Shown piece by piece: positions 22,591-31,543 of a stretch of 64,000 nt of DNA; the stretch's first letter is position 1; each line of letters begins with the position of its first letter. The notes beneath the pieces are model-generated. The model was not told the DNA's origin and ran no database searches. It saw only the letters and a list, made by a program, of their open reading frames with translations. The DNA comes from Naegleria gruberi (lineage: Eukaryota): assembly GCA_000004985.1 (NCBI GenBank), contig GG738853.1; one strand, written 5' to 3'. A program made the translations under genes and the position numbers.

Positions 22591-25500
22591 ATGTCTGGTA
22601 AACCAAGATATTCCACACTTGTGGAAATGCTCGAGCATGCAACACAAGAAAGAACATCCTCTCTCATTTACAGACAATTAGATTACTCCAATGATGTGGT
22701 GGGGGAGGAGAAGAAACTTTTCTCTGACTTATTGAAACCTTCAAGTATCAAGGAGATTAGTTATTGTGATTTCTTAAAGAAAGTGAAATCTCTCTCCACT
22801 CTCATTCAAACTCAAGCCAAAAGTGGTGATAGAGCTTTGCTAATCTTTGAACCAGGTATTAACTTTATTGCTGCTTTCTTTGCTACCTTGTTTGCTGGTG
22901 TTATTGCTGTACCTGTCTATCCTCCAAAGAACAAGGAAGAATTCAACAAGTTGAGTAAGATTCTGGCCGATTCTAAACCAAGTTTATTTCTGTTATCCAA
23001 GCTCATTCATCAAAACTTTGAGCAACATGGCATTAACAAGTTTTTTACCAAGATTAATTCTCAACAACATGTCGAGAATCAGGTAATACAAGATGTACTC
23101 AGTGGTTGTCTGGAAACTTATGAAGGTTTTAGTCTTTTGATTTCAGACGCGGTTGACTACAGTGATAAACAATTGTATACATATTGGAAACACCCAAACA
23201 TCGACACAGATTCGGTTGCTTTCCTCCAATATACCTCTGGATCAACCAGTGATCCAAAAGGTGTCATTCTCACTCATAGAAACCTTCTCAACAATCTTCA
23301 TGTTATGAACTATGCCCTACGATACTCTAATCAGAAACATGTTGTGCTCTGGCTTCCTCCTTACCATGACATGGGTTTAATTGCTGGTTTACTTGAAATT
23401 GTCTATTCGAATTGTAGTGCTACTGTATTATCTCCAATCTCCTTCCTGGAAAATCCATTACGTTGGATGTGGGCAATCAATGAATATAGAGCCACATTGC
23501 TGGGTGCTCCTAATTTTGGTTATGATCTCTGTGTAAAGCACTTTCTAGCTCATGAGAAGGAATACAGAGAAAGTTTTAAATTATTCGATTTTAGCAGTTT
23601 GGAAATTGTGGCATGTGGTGCAGAACCTATCAGAGCAGAAACTATGGAAAGTTTCAGTACACTCTTCTCTGAATTTGGATTGAAAAAACAAGCCATGTAT
23701 CCATGTTATGGATTGGCTGAGAGTACTCTCTATGTCACTGGTGTAAACTATATGAAAGGTTTCGACTTTACCACAATTGACAACAAGAACCAATACATTA
23801 TCAAGAATGGAACAGTCGAACAAACACAAACTCATCAAAAATTCGTTAATTGTGGTGTCAACTATGATGAAAATCAATCCATTAAAATTGTCGATCCAGA
23901 ATCTTCTACAGAAATGGAGAATGGAAAGGTTGGTGAAGTTTGGTTGTCAAGTCCAAGTGTCGCTCAAGGTTATTGGGAGAAACCAGAACTTTCTCAAGAG
24001 GTTTTCCATGCACGAGTGGTTGGAGATGATAGGGAGTATCTCAGAAGTGGAGATTTGGGTTTCATGTTGAATGGAAACTTGTACATTACTGGTCGTCGTA
24101 AGGATGTCATTATTTTGAATGGTGTGAATTATTATCCTCAAGATGTAGAATTGGCATGTTCTAAATGTCATGCACAGATTAGAACTGGGTGTGTGGTGGC
24201 TGTTAATATTGCTGATCGTGATGGACAGGATCGATTGGTGATAATTGCTGAAACTAAAGTTGTTTCGAATAGTGAGACACAAGTATTGGAGAGTATTGTA
24301 CAATCCATACGATCTGCAATTGCCGAATCGATGGGAATTCCAATGTATAATGCCCTATCGACCATCCTTCTCATGACTAAAGGAGGCATTCTCAAGACCA
24401 CAAGTGGTAAACTGAGACGTCAACCAACTAAACAAGCATTTCTCAATAACAAACTTCCTCCAAAACTAATCGTTCACAGATGGGATCAGGAGAAACTCTC
24501 AGATAGCGCTTCTCAACCAAGTACTCCAACAGAGATTGGATTGGCTAAAATTTGGAAAGAATTAACAGGAATTGATCCATCACTTTCGAATAACTTTTTC
24601 CTTTTGGGAGGAAGCTCTATGAGTTTGATTCAGCTAAAATCTAGAATCCAACATGTTTTCAATGTAATTATAAGTTTGACTGATTTGGTAATGTCGCCAA
24701 CATTGCAATTGATGGCTAAATTGGTCGATCAACACAGCAATCAATGTAATACTAGCTCTGTACAAATTTCAAAGAGAGAAAGGACAAGTGACACTTTAGA
24801 ATTATCAAACTCACAAACGAGATTCTGGTTCTTACATCACTTGATCGATAATCCTGCCATTCACAATGTTTTTGCAGGTGTTCGTTTGAAAGGTGACTTG
24901 GATAAACAAGCTTTAGAAAATTCCATTACCAAACTTGTAGAACGTCATGAAAGTTTACGTACAAGCTTTCAAGAAACAGAGATGTCACCAATGCAACACA
25001 TTCATTCTGAAATTTCTCTCAAATTAAATTCAATTAGTTTGAAACATCTCACTAGTGAAGAAGAAAAGAATTTGGAATTGAACAAGTTTCTCTTTGATGA
25101 GGTGAACGCACCATTCAACTTGAATGAAGCTCCTCTTCTCAGAGCTAACTTGATCGAAATGTCAGAGTGTGATCATGTTTTGGCCATGACTTTCCATCAT
25201 ATCATAATCGATGGATGGTCCATGAATTTACTTGTTGAAGAGCTAGTTCAATACTATCTGGCTTTTAAGAATCATCAATCGCCAATTCTTCCACAAGTTC
25301 TTCAATATGGTGATTACACACTGTGGAGCAATCAACAACAATCAATGAATGAAACTCAATTAAAATATTGGGAAGAAAAACTCTCCAATTTACCAGAATC
25401 TATCAAATTGCCAACAGAAGGCGAAAACTTATCCAAATCATTTGATGGATCTCATTTCTGGTTTGCAATCCCAGAAACTCTCGTTAACTCCTTAAGAAAG

Positions 25501-28020
25501 ATCGTTCAATCAAGAGGAGCCACACTCTACATGGGCATGTTAACTCTATTCAATATTTTACTGTACAGATATTCTGAACAGAATGATATTGCAATTGGAA
25601 CACCTGTTGTGAATAGACAGCAACATGTTGAGTTGGAAGCACTGATTGGACTCTTGGTAAATACTCTGGTGATTAGAAATAATGTGAATCCAGAGCATAA
25701 TTTCATTGAAACTTTGATGGAAATCAAGTCAACTGTAATTGAAGCTTTTGAAAATCAAGATGTTCCTTTCCAGAAAGTTGTAGAAAGATTGAAAGATTCA
25801 CGTAATTCAATGGAGAATCCACTTTTTCAAGTCATGATGGCCATGCACAACCCACAACGGAAAATTGTCATGGATAATCTTGAAACTGAGCTAGTTAGAG
25901 TTGACAATGGATCATCCATGTTTAATTTAACACTTGAATTACAAGAAATAGAGGATGGAAGTTTACAATGTTGTTTCGAATATAGAACTGATCTTTTCAA
26001 GAAGGAAACTATTGAAAGAATGGCTGGAAATCTTATTGAACTATTGAAATCAGCCACAACTGAATCGGATAACAAATCAATAAGCAAGTTGTCTTTCCTA
26101 TCGAATTCTGAAGTTGAAACTTTGAATAATTTTGGAAATATCACCAATAATGATCTCAGTTCTTCAGTTTCGAATAGATTATTACACGAACTCATTGAAG
26201 AGCAAGCTATCAAAACACCAGACAATACCGCCGTCTACTTCCAAGGTAAATCCTTCTCCTACCAACTTCTCGATCAAAAATCAGACCAATTAGCAAGGAG
26301 ATTACGAGATATGAATCACTCCAAAAATCCCTTCATTGCCATTAGCATTGACAGAAGCTTTGAATTGATTGTGAGTTTAGTTGCCATTCTCAAAGCTGGA
26401 TTTGCCTATCTCCCTCTCGATCCAAGCTATCCACAAGAACGATTACTCTACGTGCTTGATGATTCACAAGCAGGTCTGTTAATAACTCAATCTAATTATT
26501 CTGAAAAATTCAAAGACTATCAAGGGAAAGTGTTGTCTATTGATAGATTCGTTTGGTCAGCAAGTAGCACTTCCACATCCTCCATTAGTATTGAGAAACC
26601 ATTGACATCACCAAATGATTTGGCCTATCTCATTTACACTTCTGGCAGCACTGGAAATCCAAAAGGTGTCATGCTTTCTCACAGAAATGTAAACAATACT
26701 CTCAATGGTCTAATTAAATTGTACGAAATGAAGCAAGATGACAAGTTTATTCATTACAGCTCCTATAGCTTTGATGTTTCATTGGAAGAGATTTTCCTTC
26801 CACTAATTACAGGTGCTTCGATTATTGTGGCCAATCCAAATATTCAATATCAGTTGGAGGAGCTTGTTGACTTGGTTGAGCAAACGAAGGCAACAATCAT
26901 TGGTGTCACTCCAAGTTTGTGGCATGGTATAAGGTACCATGTTTTGAGGAATCCAAAATCAACTGAATCTTTAAGAATTGTCACTATTGGAAATGAACCT
27001 GTTGATTCGAATGCAGTCAAAGAAATCCAACAAATGTGTCCCAATGCAACAGTATTCAATGTATGTGGAGGAACAGAGACTTGCATTGATTGGTCTCTCT
27101 TCAAGGTTCCAAAAGATTATGCACCTTTACAACAAGTAGTTCCTATTGGAAAACCAATTCCTGGTGTCAAATTGTATGTTTTGGATTCGAATAGAGAGTT
27201 AGTTCCAATTGGAGTACCTGGAGAACTCTACGTTGGAGGAAATGGTGTTGGAAATGGATATTGGAAAAATAGTGAGCTAACCTCCAAGAGCTTTATTGAA
27301 AATCCATTCCAAACTAAAGACGAAAAACAGAACAATGTTAATGGAAAACTATTCAAAACAGGAGATTTGGTTAAATGGTTACCTGATGGAAATATGGTAT
27401 TCATCTCCAGATTGGATCATCAAGTGAAATTAAGAGGATTCAGAGTTGAATTGGGTGAAATTCAAAATGTCATGAGGAAGAGTGGTCTCGTCAGGGAGGC
27501 AATTGTGATTCTCCAAGATGATGAGAATGTCAGTAACAAACAACTTGTTGGATACATTGTGTGTAATGAGGGAGAAACTAGACCGCACTCAATCATCATA
27601 CAGCTAGTCAATTCCTACTTGGAGAAACATCTGCCATACTATATGATTCCATCTCATATCATTTGCATTGAAAAAGTTCCAACAACCAATAATGGAAAAT
27701 TGGATCGTAGAGCTTTACCAAGAGCAGTTGACCACCAGCAAACTAAAAGACTAGAAGAAAATATGGGAGAGGTCGATCCAGCTGATATTCCAGAGAGTCA
27801 TTGCAAGCTAAGACAAATTTGGTCCAAAGTACTCAAGATGAAGGAGGATTGCATTGGGTTGAGTGATAACTTTTTTGCAATTGGTGGAAATTCCATTCTC
27901 ATTGCCCAATTGAGAAGCATGGTTCGTACAGAGTTGGGTATTCAGTTAGAGTTGAAGACTTTCTTTGAAAAATTAACAATCCAATCTATGGCTACCCACA
28001 TTGAAACTGTTAGCCAATAA
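22591..28020 (+). CDS. non-ribosomal peptide synthetase, single module with lipo-initiation: FAAL - ACP - C - A - PCP, no terminal TE/R domain
   Basis: One uninterrupted ORF (the tool ORF begins at a TTG at 22552; the first ATG is 22591). FAAL-type N-terminus (RALLIFEPGINFIAAFFATLFAGVIAVPVYPP, YTSGSTSDPKGVILTHRNL). Carrier domain 1 with FFLLGGSSMSLIQL. Condensation domain with HHIIIDGWS. Adenylation core motifs LIYTSGSTGNPKGVMLSHRN, FDVS, NVCGGTETC, GELYVGGNGVGNGY, YKTGDLVKW, GRLDHQVKLRGFRVELGEIQ, LPYYMIPSHIICIEKVPTTNNGKLDRRAL. Carrier domain 2 with FFAIGGNSILIAQL. Stop follows directly. Confidence 0.9.
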   Translation: MSGKPRYSTLVEMLEHATQERTSSLIYRQLDYSNDVVGEEKKLFSDLLKPSSIKEISYCDFLKKVKSLSTLIQTQAKSGDRALLIFEPGINFIAAFFATLFAGVIAVPVYPPKNKEEFNKLSKILADSKPSLFLLSKLIHQNFEQHGINKFFTKINSQQHVENQVIQDVLSGCLETYEGFSLLISDAVDYSDKQLYTYWKHPNIDTDSVAFLQYTSGSTSDPKGVILTHRNLLNNLHVMNYALRYSNQKHVVLWLPPYHDMGLIAGLLEIVYSNCSATVLSPISFLENPLRWMWAINEYRATLLGAPNFGYDLCVKHFLAHEKEYRESFKLFDFSSLEIVACGAEPIRAETMESFSTLFSEFGLKKQAMYPCYGLAESTLYVTGVNYMKGFDFTTIDNKNQYIIKNGTVEQTQTHQKFVNCGVNYDENQSIKIVDPESSTEMENGKVGEVWLSSPSVAQGYWEKPELSQEVFHARVVGDDREYLRSGDLGFMLNGNLYITGRRKDVIILNGVNYYPQDVELACSKCHAQIRTGCVVAVNIADRDGQDRLVIIAETKVVSNSETQVLESIVQSIRSAIAESMGIPMYNALSTILLMTKGGILKTTSGKLRRQPTKQAFLNNKLPPKLIVHRWDQEKLSDSASQPSTPTEIGLAKIWKELTGIDPSLSNNFFLLGGSSMSLIQLKSRIQHVFNVIISLTDLVMSPTLQLMAKLVDQHSNQCNTSSVQISKRERTSDTLELSNSQTRFWFLHHLIDNPAIHNVFAGVRLKGDLDKQALENSITKLVERHESLRTSFQETEMSPMQHIHSEISLKLNSISLKHLTSEEEKNLELNKFLFDEVNAPFNLNEAPLLRANLIEMSECDHVLAMTFHHIIIDGWSMNLLVEELVQYYLAFKNHQSPILPQVLQYGDYTLWSNQQQSMNETQLKYWEEKLSNLPESIKLPTEGENLSKSFDGSHFWFAIPETLVNSLRKIVQSRGATLYMGMLTLFNILLYRYSEQNDIAIGTPVVNRQQHVELEALIGLLVNTLVIRNNVNPEHNFIETLMEIKSTVIEAFENQDVPFQKVVERLKDSRNSMENPLFQVMMAMHNPQRKIVMDNLETELVRVDNGSSMFNLTLELQEIEDGSLQCCFEYRTDLFKKETIERMAGNLIELLKSATTESDNKSISKLSFLSNSEVETLNNFGNITNNDLSSSVSNRLLHELIEEQAIKTPDNTAVYFQGKSFSYQLLDQKSDQLARRLRDMNHSKNPFIAISIDRSFELIVSLVAILKAGFAYLPLDPSYPQERLLYVLDDSQAGLLITQSNYSEKFKDYQGKVLSIDRFVWSASSTSTSSISIEKPLTSPNDLAYLIYTSGSTGNPKGVMLSHRNVNNTLNGLIKLYEMKQDDKFIHYSSYSFDVSLEEIFLPLITGASIIVANPNIQYQLEELVDLVEQTKATIIGVTPSLWHGIRYHVLRNPKSTESLRIVTIGNEPVDSNAVKEIQQMCPNATVFNVCGGTETCIDWSLFKVPKDYAPLQQVVPIGKPIPGVKLYVLDSNRELVPIGVPGELYVGGNGVGNGYWKNSELTSKSFIENPFQTKDEKQNNVNGKLFKTGDLVKWLPDGNMVFISRLDHQVKLRGFRVELGEIQNVMRKSGLVREAIVILQDDENVSNKQLVGYIVCNEGETRPHSIIIQLVNSYLEKHLPYYMIPSHIICIEKVPTTNNGKLDRRALPRAVDHQQTKRLEENMGEVDPADIPESHCKLRQIWSKVLKMKEDCIGLSDNFFAIGGNSILIAQLRSMVRTELGIQLELKTFFEKLTIQSMATHIETVSQ

Positions 28021-28145
28021 ATCCTAAAAATGTAAAATATAAGTTGTAATATCTTAAAATATTTATTATAACGTCTCGTGTATCGTAAAGGTAATGTAAA
28101 ATAGATATTTCATATTGGCCGTGAAAAGTTTAAAAAGGAAAACAA

Positions 28146-28218
28146 CTCCCCCTGGTGGGCTCGAACCACCGACCTGCAGATTAACAGTCTGACGCTCTAC
28201 CGACTGAGCTAAGGGGGA
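28146..28218 (-). tRNA. tRNA-Asn(GUU), inverted duplicate
   Basis: Exact reverse complement of the tRNA at 22048-22120. Confidence 0.8.
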
Positions 28219-28299
28219 TACATTAATAAAAGAAAATATTCCTTATTCACAATTAAGGCTTGTTTTTCTTGTTAAGATTTTGGCAATCACCAGTACAAA

Positions 28300-28388
28300 A
28301 GGCGACTGAGGGAATTGAACCCTCGACCCTCAGTTATCTCAGCATTTCTGCCTACAAGACTGATGCACTGCCACTGTGCTAAGCCGCC
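28300..28388 (-). tRNA. tRNA-Thr(UGU) with 17-nt intron, inverted duplicate
   Basis: Exons identical to 21889-21977. Intron GGCAGAAATGCTGAGAT versus GGCAGCAATGCTTAGAT in the left copy. Confidence 0.7.
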
Positions 28389-28460
28389 TTACACTTTATC
28401 ATCAAATTTAAAATTTTCGAAAAACATGTGCAAGGACAAAGAATAATTCATTTGCAGAGT

Positions 28461-30824
28461 TTATTCAGAAATTGAAATGGTTTGTGAGGTGTGACTTCTT
28501 GTAGACTGTGTGTCATTAGCAATATAAGCTTCTAATGGAATGGTTCTGTGATGTGAAACACCATTTTGTTGGCTCTTATCTACACTCGAAATGTTCGAAT
28601 TATTGTTATTCGAATTATGATTAAACTTTTCAAAAAGACCTTGGAAGCTTTCATTTACCTTTCTTCCAATAATGGATAATCTACCACTTGCTCTCGATCT
28701 AAATGATGAAGGAGCTGTCTGTGAAATTTTTCCACCATGAACTGTTCCCCGTCTTGTTGAAGCTGAAGAAGCATTTCCCACGTACGAAACCATCGAAGCT
28801 GACGAAACAATTTCCTCCTCATTCGTAATATTTCCCAAATTGACAGATTTTCTATTACTATTTGCATGATCAAATTCTGAAAATCTCTTCTTCATAATAT
28901 GACTATACATTAGTGAGATTCCCATATCGAAAATGTGTAACGTATTGAACATGTTCTTCCTATCACAACATCCGAGGAATGCCTTGAAAACATTCAATTC
29001 TTGAGCTCGTTCAGTTGCCTGAATATATGAAACAAAATTCATATCAGCAACAGTGATCGTTCTCCTTCGTCCAATCTTGAATTTGTACTTTTCCCTCAGA
29101 TAGTGATCGACCTCATCTCGCTTCAATCCAATCATGGCAACAATGGATTGAGGAAAGTGTGTATTTCTCGTCTCGATAAACTTTTTAAAATAGGAATTCT
29201 CTTTGGAAGGTAATGAATCCTGATTGGTCATATCAAAACAGTACAGGAATAGATCAACCTTCTTTTTAGCATTCTTGAGAATTTTGGAATTTTCAGATAG
29301 TTTTTCATTCATTGTCTTTTCACTTTTGGATGATTTGAAATGATCCGGAATATTGTGTGGAATATCATGAACAACCAGATCGATCCTTTCACCATTCAAC
29401 AAGTAATATGGATGACAGTAGGTTTGCATTTGTTCGGTTGGAATGTATCCATGTTCCTTTCCAACTGGCATGGCATTTCCAAAGATGGATTCTATAAAGG
29501 TTGTCTTGCCAACATTCTCTTCACCTACAATGACAATTCTAAATATTTTCCTTCTGGTCTTTCTCTTCACATTGGTCATTAATTTGGTAAATTGACTAAC
29601 GTTATTATCAACTTGAACTTGCAGAGGTTCAATACCACAAGCATGTTGACCATCCGATAATCCAACATTAATTGGTGGAGAAACCAGAGAATGTTCAGAA
29701 TTTACCGATTGTGCACTCAAAACTGAACTTGTTGATGAATTATGTATTGTATGAGCATTTTGAGAAAGGATTGAATTATCCAAACTCGACGATTTCACAT
29801 GGTGATTTCTTTTTTGAGGTGAAGCATTCAAAATATTATCATAACTTGCACTATTAATAATGATACTTCTTCTGGCTAGTGTAGCTGAAGTGAGTGGTGC
29901 ATTATCAGTCAATCGCCAACTATTTCTACAACTCCTTAAATCAAAACTTCCAGTTGACCTTGTTGAAGCAAACGAATCATTCAATGAATTTCTACTATTC
30001 ATTGAACCAGTTGTCTGTATTGAGCCACTACTAGTATTATTTGCACTATTGGTATTACTACTCGAAAATTTCATCATTAAAATAGCCATAACATGATCCA
30101 TTTGATCTTCAATCATGGCATTTGACAGTAAATTTGGAAATCTCTTCAAGTGAATTTCATTAATAATCCTCAAACACGTCCAAGATATCGAAAGTTGATT
30201 CTTTGAAGTCAATCCCAATGATAACAAATCACTAACATTAAGAAATGGAAGAATTCCCTTCTCCACAATTTCACTTTCCATATTTTTCAATAATTCCACA
30301 GCTTGTTTATCCATGAAACAATAATCAGAGTCGGAGAAACTGGCTCTCGAATCGAATGATGGTTTATCTGTTGCTGGACTTGAATGGCTGGTCCTTCCTG
30401 TTGAAGTTGATGGAGAAGAAAGCAAATGATTTTCATACGAAAGTTGACTAATTTCCACAGAAGGACTAGACAAGGAATTTGTCGAATATCTTCCACTATT
30501 ACTTCCTGTAGGACTTGTTTTCTTATTACTTGTTGATGATGGAATGATGAGTCTGTCTTCTCTTCGTTTACGAAGAATTGCTAATTGACGTTGTTGAGAA
30601 ATTGTCAATTCGTCCTCGTCGAGAGATTCATTGATGGAATTAAAGATTGGCATGATTATAAAAAGAGGGTTATGTTGTGATGATGATGAATTATCATGTG
30701 TGTCTGTTGAGTGAGTATCTAACGGTTTGATTTTTTTAATTTGTTGATTCGAATAAAATGTGAGAGGGACTACGAAAGGAAAGAATGAGTTGCTAATTGA
30801 GATAAAATCAATTAAATATGACAA
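28461..30824 (-). CDS. Ser-rich protein with a divergent Ras-like small-GTPase (P-loop) domain
   Basis: 787-aa single-exon ORF. P-loop GEENVGKTTF. G3-like DLVVHDIPH lacks the DxxGQ glutamine. A C-terminal GTPase-like fold follows. Long S/N/T-rich low-complexity N-terminal half. Confidence 0.45.
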   Translation of the reverse strand: MSYLIDFISISNSFFPFVVPLTFYSNQQIKKIKPLDTHSTDTHDNSSSSQHNPLFIIMPIFNSINESLDEDELTISQQRQLAILRKRREDRLIIPSSTSNKKTSPTGSNSGRYSTNSLSSPSVEISQLSYENHLLSSPSTSTGRTSHSSPATDKPSFDSRASFSDSDYCFMDKQAVELLKNMESEIVEKGILPFLNVSDLLSLGLTSKNQLSISWTCLRIINEIHLKRFPNLLSNAMIEDQMDHVMAILMMKFSSSNTNSANNTSSGSIQTTGSMNSRNSLNDSFASTRSTGSFDLRSCRNSWRLTDNAPLTSATLARRSIIINSASYDNILNASPQKRNHHVKSSSLDNSILSQNAHTIHNSSTSSVLSAQSVNSEHSLVSPPINVGLSDGQHACGIEPLQVQVDNNVSQFTKLMTNVKRKTRRKIFRIVIVGEENVGKTTFIESIFGNAMPVGKEHGYIPTEQMQTYCHPYYLLNGERIDLVVHDIPHNIPDHFKSSKSEKTMNEKLSENSKILKNAKKKVDLFLYCFDMTNQDSLPSKENSYFKKFIETRNTHFPQSIVAMIGLKRDEVDHYLREKYKFKIGRRRTITVADMNFVSYIQATERAQELNVFKAFLGCCDRKNMFNTLHIFDMGISLMYSHIMKKRFSEFDHANSNRKSVNLGNITNEEEIVSSASMVSYVGNASSASTRRGTVHGGKISQTAPSSFRSRASGRLSIIGRKVNESFQGLFEKFNHNSNNNNSNISSVDKSQQNGVSHHRTIPLEAYIANDTQSTRSHTSQTISISE

Positions 30825-31543
30825 CTATTCTTGGCGAGTAAGAAGAAAAGGTGATAATTAGAGATGATAACAATTACAACTGTTTAGTTTCAATTTTTTC
30901 TTTCGTCTTCTACAAATCGAAAGGTACATAAACCTTTCAGATTGCTACTACACTTCATCAATTGCACTAACATTTTTCATCCGTTCCATGTAAAGAAACT
31001 TTCACCCTATCACTTGTCTTTCAATAAATGTCACCCTCAATCCAAATTTCAAAAAACATGTCCACACATCGCGCAAAAAGTTCACTTGGATGGAAGTTGA
31101 AAATTACGCCATTAGTGAAAAGTTTAAAAAAACTTGGAAAAATATAAAACTTGGATCCTCAACAGGCCAAGATTATGAAATGAGGTCATGTTGAAAAGTG
31201 TCTTCGATTGAGTTGAATAATGGGTCGTTTTTAAGATAAATTAAAGAAATGGATGGTGTTTACAATGGGAAAGATGGATGAGATGGAAATTTGTGAATTT
31301 CCTTATTGGAATTATAATTGTATCATATTCAATTGTTTTCAAGTGAATTTCGAATAAAATGATATTAAAAACTTAAGTGATAATTGTCAATAATGTTTGA
31401 AAAAGACAAGATTATTACAATGACATGGACTTTTGGTGTATTTCTTACTAATTTGGACTGGACGAAAGGAAGCATTTCGACTGATGATTAATTGATTGCT
31501 GTTCAAGATACTTCCAATTCAAATTACACACAAAAATCAAAAA

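Larger units (their letters stand above)
28135..28425. repeat. right copy of the inverted repeat flanking the NRPS gene
   Basis: Reverse-complement match to 21851-22135, carrying inverted tRNA-Asn and tRNA-Thr. Confidence 0.8.
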
